Below, piece after piece: positions 26,200 through 37,065 of a stretch of 64,000 nucleotides of DNA. A program made the position numbers and the translations under genes. Source of the stretch: Fistulifera solaris (taxonomy: Eukaryota); contig AP026126.1 in the NCBI GenBank assembly GCA_030295235.1, positions 1,922,001 through 1,986,000 on the forward strand, read 5' to 3'. Position 1 is the stretch's first letter; every line of letters starts with the position of its first letter. Under the pieces are notes generated by a model that did no database searches, was not told the origin of the DNA, and saw only the letters and a list, made by a program, of their open reading frames with translations.

Positions 26200-27083
26200 A
26201 TGACAATCAATATACTGACCGACAAACAAACGAAGGCGATTGCGGGCCTTCGGTGGGGTTCTACTCATGGACTATTCGGCATTACCGCTGTTGTGTTGGG
26301 GGTTTGCTGCTTGCTGAAACTATCTTTTGGTCGAAACTTGATTTGTATCATACAATTCTTCCCTATTTATATGCTACTGCCGCCTTTGGCAATGCGTTCG
26401 TGGGCTATTCCATGCCGGCACCCAAGCACGGCCAGTTCGCATTCCGGGCGAGTGCCGTGTTTCAAATGTGTCTTCTATACTACGTGGTCCGATTCCTGCC
26501 TTCGTTCCGCAATTACAGCAGTCGATATCTTGATATTGCGGTATGCTTTCCTCTCTTGACCGCATGTTTGCAGTTTCTGCAAATCGCTTTCCAGCAGACA
26601 GATACTGCGTTACAAATAGCGCTTTCGATGGGGACTCTGGCACTTTCCTTGACTCTATTCTACCCGATACAATTAGCATGGGATCCTCTATGGCTAAATT
26701 GCTTGTTGGAGCATCGATATCCCGCACAAGACCTCGCCATGTCTGTCTACATTTACATGCCAGCAACGTACACATTCGCCTTGATTCTATTCGGAGCTAC
26801 GCTTTATTTGCGTAAGATCATTACCGCAACGCAGCTTGGACTCATTTCTCTTTGTTTGGTGACATTCACCTTGTTTGGAACGGTTTTGCTGCAAGAAATA
26901 CAATTGCCCGAAATCAGCGCTCAAGAATTGATCATGGCATGTCCCTCCCCGAATGCTTGGGAAACAGCAACGAGCCCTCGGCTGATACTCGATGTCATGA
27001 TGCAAACTAAATTCGTACAATGGTATTTTGGACTAATTGGGGCTCATCGTATGGAAGAGTATTACACATCAAATTCAGATTAG
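26200..27083 (+). CDS. Hypothetical multi-pass membrane protein (frameshifted in assembly)
   Basis: Two overlapping frames join into a protein of about 290 aa with 6-7 hydrophobic segments. Confidence 0.65.
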
Positions 27084-27208
27084 AGGAGTATGTACCATTT
27101 TAATTTGATGTACAAAGTCGAGTGTAAATAAGCCGGCTTCAATTTTTTTAACATAATAAACCATGAATACAACATAGAGACACAATGGACATGTAGCAAC
27201 ACTCAAAG

Positions 27209-28369
27209 TTACAGTTTTCCGATTGCTTGTTTTATCGATTCTTTCCACTGAGTCGCCAAATCTGCCGTCTCGGCTTGGAAGTCGAAATTGCGTCCTTCAG
27301 CATGAACGCGGAATGTGTTTCCACTGTCATTCATTAGTTCGACGGAACTCGTGTCGTCCAAAGCAATCATTCGTGTTGCTTTGTTCTTTTCATCTACTTG
27401 AGTCGAATCGAAGTAATAAAGTGATTTGGGGACGGCGACAAGAAGCTTGGTTTTCCATTTTCGGCTGCTCAAGAATCCAATTCCCGAACCTTGCTTTTGC
27501 ACAATGCCTTGAAAGATCACTTCAGTGTGTTCGAGAAGCGTACTGGCGGTAATGATGTTGTCGGTGGAATGATACGGCCGTCCTAGACCGCGAGGGCAAA
27601 GCATTTCGAGAGGGACATTTTCCTCGCGAGCTCTCCATTCCACATATTTGTCCAAATCAAACTCTAGCGTTCCTCCCCATTCTTTCAACATATTCTCTTT
27701 GTTAATGTATTTGGACAAGTGATTAAAATTGGGTTTCAGCTGCAATCGGTCGAAGTCTAGGAATGACGCGCACATCGAGAAACCAGCTGCAACGTATCTC
27801 GGGAGACCACAAAAGTGGATTGCGCCAGTCTGAGAGCCTGGAAAAAAGCGTTTGGCTACGTCAAAAGCCGATCGACTCGCGGCGTCTGGAAAACGAAAGC
27901 AGGAGGTATCTTGTTTCGTTCGAGGTTGCACCTCAATTACACTTAAGGCCTTGCCTGATTTCGAATATGCCGCTACTCGTTGTAGCGCGTAAAGCATTTG
28001 CTGGTTAATCTCGTGTTTATTGCCATGAAAGAAGCCACCAATGACCACGACAATCGGATTTCCCATCAAATCTCTCGCACAGTCTCCCGTTTCAGGATTT
28101 TCTAGAACGACACAACAACCCGAAGGATGTTTCGCACCAGGTGGAGCACGATAGAAAGCACTCACATCTAGAATACTAACAGGATTATCTCGTTTCCACG
28201 CAGCCGCAGTCTCGACAGCTTTCACCGCCGCGGAAACATCCTTACGGTGCATTGATAGAAATGACTCTAATTCTTCGTCACAGATTTCCTGAAGCGACGT
28301 GTCCAGTAATTTGCGCATTTCCGCAATGGCATCTTCAGTATCGGCTTTCGCGGTCTCTGGTTGGCACAT
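27209..28369 (-). CDS. CRAL-TRIO (Sec14-like) plus C-terminal PH domain protein
   Basis: LESFLSMHRKDVSAAVKAV..AAAWKR (CRAL-N), RDLMGNPIVV and LKEWGGTLEFD; PH domain GIVQKQGSG..RKWKTK..LYYFD..GRNFDFQAET..QWKESI. Confidence 0.85.
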   Translation of the reverse strand: MCQPETAKADTEDAIAEMRKLLDTSLQEICDEELESFLSMHRKDVSAAVKAVETAAAWKRDNPVSILDVSAFYRAPPGAKHPSGCCVVLENPETGDCARDLMGNPIVVVIGGFFHGNKHEINQQMLYALQRVAAYSKSGKALSVIEVQPRTKQDTSCFRFPDAASRSAFDVAKRFFPGSQTGAIHFCGLPRYVAAGFSMCASFLDFDRLQLKPNFNHLSKYINKENMLKEWGGTLEFDLDKYVEWRAREENVPLEMLCPRGLGRPYHSTDNIITASTLLEHTEVIFQGIVQKQGSGIGFLSSRKWKTKLLVAVPKSLYYFDSTQVDEKNKATRMIALDDTSSVELMNDSGNTFRVHAEGRNFDFQAETADLATQWKESIKQAIGKL

Positions 28370-28725
28370 GTCTATTGATGGATTGGATATTATCTATGAG
28401 TACTAGACTTGAAAGGTCATGGTCTTCTTGTACCTCTTGCATTTCTCATTCATCGCTTGTTGCGTGCTTACCGGGTATGGTGTTTGTGGTTGGGTTTGTT
28501 TGGCGATCAACTACGTCATCAAACACAAGAACGTCACATAAACATCTATAGTTAATTTCAACGAATATTTTACTATAGCTATACATGTACTAAATATTTC
28601 AAAGGTTGGTACGAAAACATTTTGTGCGAAGAAATTGTGACAGACTTTTCAGAATTACTTGGTAAGGTCAGCTAAAGCTATTAGAGAGGAGTTCTTCTCG
28701 CGTCGTCGAAGACTTTATAACCTAT

Positions 28726-30330
28726 TCATTCAAAGTGTTTGACTGCTTCACGCAAGATTTGAACCACACCAAATATATCGATTCGTTCATCAGGGTTGTA
28801 AATCCAACATCGTTCAATAATGTCGACCATGGTTTGTTCTGCGAAACTTCTCTCCCGAAATCGTGGATCAATTGGTGGCTTTTCTCCCTTCATAATTCTT
28901 TCTTGATATTCCTCTGTGGTCTTAGCTTCGGGTAACACGGTCGAACCGGTCAACACATAATACATGTTAATGCCTAAACTCCAGACGTCAATCTTTTCGT
29001 TCAAAGGGCGATCCAAGTACTCTTCTGGGGCGCGAAACTGTCGGATACAGAAAATGAGTCAGCTTGTCCATTATTTGATAGACGAAGACAGCAGTAATCT
29101 TCGAAGACGTACCTCGCCGTCTCCAGGATTGTTTCTGTAACGACAATACTCGCCGTCCTCTTCATTCCAGAGCATAATCTCGGCTCGATTGAAATCTTGT
29201 AACTTTAGATGCCCCAAGTCATCTATTAAAAATTGCCCGAGATGGATGTCATCATGAACAATGACACCACCAGGATACGCGTGGAGTTTTGACAACGCTT
29301 CGGCCATTTCCAGAGAGTAAAGGATTTTTTCTGTCGCAGTCAAGTTGTTGAGAGGCTGGAGACCCTGTCCACTCTTATCATTTTCGATGAATTTTCCGCG
29401 CTCGATCTCTATCGGGGTCGCTATTTCTTCCAGATCCCCGCCCAATATCCCCTCATTGACAATCGCCAAAGCGCAGAAACCGTATATATCAACAATGTCT
29501 GGCTCAGTTGACATGACCTCTGCTACCACGGCATCCATACGCATGAATTCCAAGTCACGAAAGTCATAAGCGGCGTCCCATCGGTATTTCTTGAAGGCTA
29601 TCAAAGGATCCTGATCCAGTTGCAATAAATGAACTTGTCGATATGCCCCTCTCCGGCATATTCCGCATGACCGTCTTGGATCGAGTTGAGAAAGTCGAGT
29701 TCATGAATCAGGTTACAGTTGATGGGTAGTTTTCGATGCCACGCGACGCGACGGCAATGTTTGGAGGTTCGTATCGAATCATCGTCATATTCCGAATAAG
29801 GATTCCGCACAATGTCGTCGTCAAAGGCGTAGTATGTGTCAATATCGTTTTCGTCAGTGTCTCTATCGTGCGGTGGCCAGTTCTGTTGCTGAAGGACGTC
29901 GATTGCTCGAGGTGCATTTTCCTCCGCAAGAAACTGAATCTTTAATCCTCCATAGTCAGGTGTGGCGACATGCCTTGGTTTTGCGTCATGTAGATGAGGA
30001 AGAAAAGAGTTACGAAAATGTACCATTTTTTTCGGTGAACTAGACTTTCCGGATTGATTCGCACTCGATCTGGAGGAGTGCGTCCGAAGAGGATTCGTAA
30101 AAAAATAATCATCGCTATGAAAGCGAAAAGTTTACATCCCAGAAGAATATAAGAGACAGATAACAGGTTTCTGTCACGATATCTTGCTCGCAGCGGCCGA
30201 TTGGTGATTGGCAACATGTTTTTTTTGTTGATCTCGTTTGCTTGACGCCGTGCTCAGAAGGGGGAGGTGATTTTTGCGTGCATTGGGTCGCCGCATCATT
30301 TGTTTTCACAGTGCTCTTCCCGTAATCCAT
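28726..30330 (-). CDS. Atypical protein kinase with N-terminal signal anchor (type II membrane), intron-containing and frameshifted
   Basis: TM segment ILLGCKLFAFIAMIIFLRILF; VAEVMS..PDIVDIYGFC, VHDDIHLGQFL, KLQDFNRAE, FRAPEEY, KIDVWSLG and RCWIYNPDER. Confidence 0.85.
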
Positions 30331-30683
30331 TCATAGTGGATGCGCAGTAGTGATACCATGATCATCTCTGTCACGGATTAATGCTAAAAGTATGAGAAGG
30401 TATTAAATAGGAAAGCGTATTGGAGACACCTGATCTGGAAATGGTACAAGTATACGAAGCAGCGTGTCGCAAAATGAAGCAAAAAAAAAGATTACTCCGT
30501 ATTACCAGGTACGTAGTATTATTTGATCAATCCATTTCTCACTGATGGTGCGAGCCTACGACGGGGTCAACTATTATTTACAAAACGTGAGCAAACTCAA
30601 TCATAAGGAGCTTTCAATTCGTTGCGACAAGTAGTAGACATTCGCTCATTTTGTCGATCGTTCGCTCTTTTCGATTTTGTCTT

Positions 30684-30764
30684 GGAGACACGGGAACGCA
30701 CCTCTGCTTGGTACATTTCTCTACAGGGGGTCTACGTGAGTGTACACTTTTTCCCGCACCTTGC
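30684..30764 (-). repeat. Dispersed ~80-bp hairpin element, copy 1 (inverted relative to the other two)
   Basis: The reverse complement aligns with 58904-58983 and 36348-36414. Confidence 0.85.
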
Positions 30765-31077
30765 TCAAAACAGCACCTTGACCCTTGACCTCATACGCTG
30801 GTACATTCGAATGCAACAATAAGAAGCACGCATATCCATCATCGTCTTACATGGCATCTCGATTATCGTATTCTTACGACCCACTCAATTGGGAAATTAC
30901 CGTCGTCAAGAACTCTACCGGGTCTCGTACGCCTCATCATCCGAAACAAGCTCGGAACGGATCCTTCTTGAGCATCAGTTCTCCTTTTCGTGGCCCAAAG
31001 AGAGAAAAACTCCAATCGCTTTCATTGGTCCAACGTAAAAGAATCGGAACAATTATTTGATTTTCCGCAATCCCCGA

Positions 31078-31580
31078 TGAAAAATGCGATTTTGGTTTCC
31101 GCGCACTCCTCGCGAAAAGGACCTTTTCCTCAGAAAACCAAGCAGAACAACCTAAAGAACAAAAGCCAGAGGAGTCATGCGTCGACGAAAGTTACCGTCT
31201 CCTTGAAACCGCCTAAAACCAAACCGGGGAAACGAAAGAAGAAAAAGGGAAAGAACGCGACGACCGCCCCTGCTCAATCACCGTCTCTCAAAGCAACCTC
31301 ATCCACAATTCACTCGCTGGCCTCGGCTCGACCAAAGACTCCCTACAAATTCAATGTCATGCGAAAAATGGTATGGATACGTCCCAAACCCGACGATAAA
31401 TTCTGGATTCGAGGTAGAATCGAGAAATGCGAGCAATCGCGTGTCGATGAGGTTGGGGAAAACGGAAAAGTGTCGAGTACAGAAACCGTCTATCACGTAG
31501 TCAAATGCGCCGACGATGGAACTCTGTATCGCGTTCAGTTGCAACATATGGAACAATCAGAAAACCTTATTTGGTTGTAG
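31078..31580 (+). CDS. Small Lys-rich protein with C-terminal Tudor-like domain
   Basis: Basic low-complexity region (KPGKRKKKKGK), then PYKFNVMRKMVWIR..FWIRGRIEK...YHVVKCADDGTLYRV..ENLIWL, homologous to 35190-35405 and 37050-37210. Start is uncertain. Confidence 0.6.
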
Positions 31581-32323
31581 CTAACAGTTAAAGAGAGAGC
31601 CAAACTAAACTGTTTGAATGGTTTTGATGTCGGTGCGTTACGAGCCGGAACAGAAATTCTTTCAGAACTCATTAGCTTTTGGCTCGTGGAGAAAGATTGA
31701 AGGTTTTGGATAAGCAGATCAACGTGATGCTGTCATTTAATATACGATTAACTCTTTTATTGATTCCATTTTCTAGTCATGTGAATTGTTTGAGTGTGGT
31801 GCGTCGTTGTCATGACTGCCATGTGACGATTGCACAACGCTACTGGTACGTCTCTTCATGAAGGATTGGGAACCCCAAGAAAAGAAGAATGATTGTCTGA
31901 AGTCTGAAGTGAATCAACCCATGCGACCTCAAAGCATACACTTGTCGCCAATCAAGGCATTTTTACAGATCAAAGAGCATACATTACTAGCCTTTCAGAA
32001 TTGCTGTGCGCAAAGTCTTCTCACGTTTTCTCTGACGCGTCATAGCATGAAACGATTGAAAAAGATCCTAATTTGGACTTGAATCTGTTCGTTTCGCCAC
32101 TAACTATTGCAGCAAGGCGTACTAGATCGGGTACGATTCGCAAAGCGAAAGGTGACAAGATCGGAGGGAGATAGTTAGTTCGATGCGGATGCGACATGAA
32201 GAAGTCGTTTTTGCGACATGACAACCAGCCACATGGCGGGAAAACGATGACAATGGGTGTCGATCTTTTTCTTCCGTTCTTTGCTATCATGAACACAGTT
32301 CCGCAATGAATTATTCGAGTACA

Positions 32324-35300
32324 ATGAGTGAAAGTCAATCAAAATTTCCGCCTGAAATACTTCGCGCTTATAAAGAGGCCAAGGAGAGAGGACTACCGGA
32401 TGGCTGGGTTTGTTCGATAGATGTGAGTGAAAGACCGTCCTGTTCGACCATGGCTGTAAAGAAACGCTCACTCTCTGTTGTTTTTTTCGTCGCAGGACCA
32501 CCATCGCCGCACGTGGACGTCTCCCGATGGCAGATCCTGTAACTCGCTTCGAAAAGCACTCGAGATTTTGGATGAAAGCGTGCGTTCGAGCGGTGTGGAG
32601 TTAGGGAAAAGAAGTTCGAACTTTGAGGACTCCTCGTCTAGTCAAAAGAAGGCGAGGGAAGACGAAGAACCAGGCGCATCGTCAAGAGCATCAATATCGG
32701 CAGTACTACCTTCTTCAGAGAAGGACGAAGAAAAAAAGCGACGAAGAAGGAAAAGCCGAAGATAAAGAGAAAGTAAAACAAGGCAGACAGCCGATGCCGA
32801 CTAGAGGGCGACATCGACCACAGAAGACATCCAAAATGTTAGAGACACCCAACATTCAAGAAACAAAGGGAAATGGGCCTCTGACGTTGCCCCTTCCGCC
32901 CCTGGACCCCGAACATTCGTTGGATGGCAAAAATCATCCGACCGCACCAACTACAGTGCATTGGGATCCCAAAAGCGTCGATGGGAAAAAGATCGGATGG
33001 AAAATCCGAGTCGCTCTCAATAGTACAACATGGACGGAAGGCCGCATCGTTCGCTACGATCCCTACTCACACAAACACAAAATTCGATTGCAGCATAAAG
33101 GAGAAGAACGCAATGTTTGGATTTGGATACGAAACAATCAGCATAACGTGAACCTCGCAACGCGTATAGTGTGGGCGCACGTAAAGGGCTATGCGTGGTG
33201 GCCGGCCATGGTCATGGAAACGAATACTTATAATCCGTTGTCAAGGCATGTGCAGGTAGAGTATTTCGGAACTACAAGAAGAGCCAAAATACGAGACGTG
33301 GATCAATACATCCGACCTTTTGTCCCCAATGAGTGTGACCCAATCGTAGCGGAAACCGATTTAATTCGTAACGCTTACGATTTAGCTTGCGTTGAATTTG
33401 AAATCATTCAAAAGAATCGAAATGAAGCAGCGCTTTTCTACGCGGAAAAATCATTACATCTTTGCGACCAGAAAGCGCCGATGCAGATCGTCGGTAGGCG
33501 CGTCCAGGTTTTTCGAGATGATGTCAACTACCCTTATGGTGATACTGTGGTAGGGAAAGTCCGCAAGTACAGTGGCTTTCAGAAAAAGTTCCTCGTCTCT
33601 TTTGAAGTATCCGAAAAGACCAATAGTAAATATGATGCAACGTGGATGACGCTCTCTACTCGCAATGCAAAGTTACAGGGAAAGCGTACTGCCCACGCTG
33701 AGGTTACACCGGAGGCCTTGCTCCCTTTCTTGGTCGGCTACCAAGCCGACGAATCGGATGAGTACTTCAAACTGCTAAATGATCACTGTCGTGGCTGCGT
33801 CGAGACATGGAAGAAAACAGATACGCTACGGGTAGTGTGTGATCAGTGCGATTCGTCATATCATTTGGGATGCTTCGATCCGCCACTGCAACAAGAGCAA
33901 TATCAGAAGCTAATCAAGGACGGCGTTCCCTTGTTGTGTCCGCAGTGCACAATGTGTCGTGGCTGTTACCAGAAAGACTCGACCTTTGGAAGTCATCAGC
34001 TTTCACCATTGCCTAAGAACCTAAGCTTTCCCGCGAATGAGACGCTGAATGTATGCTTGCCATGTCGTGAAGCGTACGAAGTAGAACGATATTGTCCAAA
34101 TTGCGCGCACACATTTGATGATGACCGACACAATGAGGTTCGGTATCAACATAATTGGTACAGCAGCCGAGAAGGGTGCAAGCACAAAACGGAACTGGTG
34201 GAAGACACAGAATTTCCTCTTGTCAGTGGAAGGTTCTCCGATGATTGCGCAATACCAAGAGGGCTAGAGGTACATCCGTCTCGGTATTATCCGGAAGACA
34301 CTGAGTTTGGTATGGCAGAATCCGAGATGTTAGGGTGCGATTCTTGTGGAGGATGGGTACATGCTGGTTGCGCAAACTTGACCAAAGAAGAGTACGAACA
34401 GATACTGAACGGAACTCACAAGCCTTTGGCAATGGGGCAAGAGTTTCTTTGTCGTGTTTGCTGTCGCAAGCGTTGTTTGAAGATTATCAATGAGCTGGAA
34501 TTACAAGATCGGACAAAGCTTTTTTCTCAACCAATATCCCAAGCAAATGCGCCTATTTATCACGATTTGATCGAAGGCCCGGTAAATTTCAAAGTTTTTA
34601 CTGATCGGGCACAGAACGATGACTATGTTTCTTATGTGTGGACACGGGAATTCTTCGAGCTGATGGTGTTCAATGCATTGTCTTCTTATAGCAATGTAAG
34701 TGTTTTTGCCTCTTGCATGATTGTAACGCATAGTTAAACGTCCTTACATGTGCACGAAGGACAAAGCTACTTGGAACGAAGCGAAGCATTTTTACCAATC
34801 CGGCCTAAAGAATGTATTTCAAAAGATTGGCAAAGCTGCCCCGCCTAGCATTTATGACAAAGATATCATAAATCTGCTCAAAGCTGGCAAGCAGGTACAG
34901 TGTCGCTCAGAATTAGATCACGCTCGAGTTGCCACAAGAGCCGAGAACAAGTATTGTGCTGTTGGAAAGATGACACCTGCGGCTGGTGTTTCTCTTCTCA
35001 AGAACGGTGACCATGGTGGTTCCATTCCATTTAATGCATCGCAGCTGTCTGCTTCAGTCAACAGGAATATGAGGAGAGGGAACAGCAACAACGGAAGGCC
35101 TGTAACAACAGCAACAGGTCTGTCACTGGCTGGGCCGCTTCCGCCAGCGCAAGAAAAAAGCTCCTTGCAACCAACTTGCCCTGGGACGAATGGTGTTGTA
35201 TCGTAAAAAAGCCGACGGAATCTTTTGGATTCGATGCAAGGTCGAGAAGCGTGAACAATTGCGTGTGGATGAGATTGGAGAAAACGGGAATATTTCGACT

Positions 35301-35405
35301 CGTGAAACGGTATTACACGTGATCAAATGCTGCGAGGACTGTACGGTTTCTTACAGAGTGGACCTGAAGCAATCAGAACAGTTGAAAAACTTGATTTGGA
35401 TATAG
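32324..35405 (+). CDS. Truncated trithorax paralog: MBD-like, Tudor, PWWP, Tudor, PHD fingers, degenerate bromodomain and a new Tudor-like C-terminus; no SET domain
   Basis: Collinear with 38460-41100 including both intron positions; AWWPA motif and PHD Cys/His retained. Diverges after about 35030 and ends in the Tudor-like domain across a 1-nt slip near 35189. Confidence 0.8.
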
Positions 35406-35647
35406 CTACCAGAGTACTTGTGTCCATACTCTCTATTTGAATAAACTGTTGAGTGTTATTTTTTGTTTTCTGCCTTGGTTCTTGGTTTTTTGCATTAGGT
35501 TTCGTACGAGCATTTCGCCATCCTAACTGAGTACCGTTGTGTCACAAGGGCGGTACTTCTTGTTTCAACCATTAACCTTAACAAAGGGAGCCTTTTTTTC
35601 GTACTCCGTATTATTTTGCAGGTAAACCTTGTACCGGTACAGTTAAT

Positions 35648-36331
35648 ATGGTAATTGTTCTTGCAGCAATACGTCAATTGGTTCTATTTGCTGGTGGAAA
35701 AAATCGAGGAATGGTGACCATTTCGGTGGAAGCTTTGCAGAGTGTCGAATATTCAGTACGTCCTCCAAAGGATACGGCAAGATTTTGCGCGAAGATCTCT
35801 CCGTTTTTCCGTTTTTCCCACAAAAATAGAACAAACCGCCTTTAATTCACGTTCCTTGAAGTTCCCTTTACACGTGGGTATGCATGGTAATTGTTCTTGC
35901 AGCAATACGTCAATTGGTTCTATTTGCTGGTGGAAAAAATCGAGGAATGGTGACCATTTCGGTGGAAGCTTTGCAGAGTGTCGAATATTCAGTACGTCCT
36001 CCAAAGGATACGGCAAGATTTTGCGCGAAGATCTCTCCGTTTTTCCGTTTTTCCGTTTTTCCCACAAAAATAGAACAAACCGCCTTTAATTCACGTTCTA
36101 TGAAGTTCCCTTTACACGTGGGTATGCATGGTAATTATTATTGCAGCAATACGTCAATTGGTTCTATTTGCTGGTTGAAAAAATCGAGGAATGGTGCCCA
36201 TTTCGGTGGGGGCTTTGCATAGTCTCGAATATTCAGTACGTCCTCCAAAGGATACGGCAAGATTTTGCGCGAAGATCTCTCCGTTTTTCCGTTTTTCCGT
36301 TTTTCCCACAAAAATAGAACAAACCGCCTTT
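35648..36331. repeat. Tandem repeat, ~236-244-bp unit, about 2.9 copies
   Basis: Units start ATGGTAATT at 35648, 35884 and 36128 and are near-identical; the length difference is due to 2 vs 3 copies of CCGTTTTT. Confidence 0.95.
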
Positions 36332-36347
36332 ACCGGTAAGTAAGGAC

Positions 36348-36414
36348 GGTGCGGGAAATTGTGTACTTTCGCGTAGGCCCCCGTAGAGAAATGTACTGCA
36401 TTCCCGTGTCTCCC
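36348..36414 (+). repeat. Dispersed hairpin element, copy 2 (10-nt internal deletion)
   Basis: GGTGCGGGAAATTGTGTACTTTCGCGTAGGCCCCCGTAGAGAAATGTAC is identical to the copy at 58908 and ends TTCCCGTGTCTCCC. Confidence 0.9.
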
Positions 36415-36569
36415 AGGAGAGCCTACCTGAAGAAGAGCTCATTCGCCTTCATCTCGTCATGCTTCCTTTTTTATTTTCTCTTTTTTTCAAGGTCGACATC
36501 AGAAAGATTGTTTCATTGAATAAAACTGTTTAGCAATAAATATCATGACCGTCGCCGCACCGGCCGCAC

Positions 36570-37065
36570 CGAATGGATCCCATTGTAGAAAGATACGACA
36601 AAAAGTGTAACGCAAAGGCTAAGCATGCGAAGAGCATAATAACATCCAAAAAACGAAACGCTGCTTTTCTACCCAAAACCGCGTCTCCGTTGGTGTAAAG
36701 TAAAAGCACCCATGCAGATCGTTGGTAAGCGTGTTCAAGTCCATCGTGGTGGTGGTGAAATGGTTGTCGGGAACTTGCGCAAGTACAGCGGCTTTCAAAT
36801 AAGTATCTGGACTCTTTCACTATGTTTGAAGAACCCAACATTCAACGCGATGCGGCTTTATGGGCACTTAATCCAAGCAATACAAAAGTAATAAAACGTA
36901 ACGTTCCGCATGCTGAAGATAAACCGGAGGCTTTAATTCCCTGCTCGGTCGGTTATGAAGCTAAGGAATCAGATGAATTTGACCAGCTCAATGATGGGTG
37001 TCGAGTCTTCATCGGTGCTTGGAAGACAGATGCTTTTCGGCTGATGTGTAGTCAATGTAACAACC
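36570..37065 (+). pseudogene. Degenerate fragment of the trithorax gene (post-PWWP / second Tudor / start of PHD)
   Basis: Remnants MDPIV..KKCNAK, QIVGKRVQV, RKYSGFQ and PEALIPCSVGYEAKESDEF..GCRVFIGAWKTD..MCSQC, with many indels. Confidence 0.75.

Noticed and set aside
35648..36331. CRISPR array or coding repeats (ORFs 35648-36222)
   Set aside because: The units are ~240-bp near-identical tandem copies with no unique spacers, and the ORFs are incidental products of the repeat.
36348..36428. Resemblance to a cobalamin riboswitch (GGGAA...GCCCCCG...CCAGGAGA.CCT.CC)
   Set aside because: It lacks the ACUG/B12-box core, the 3' match is absent from the other two copies, and the context is a eukaryotic repeat.
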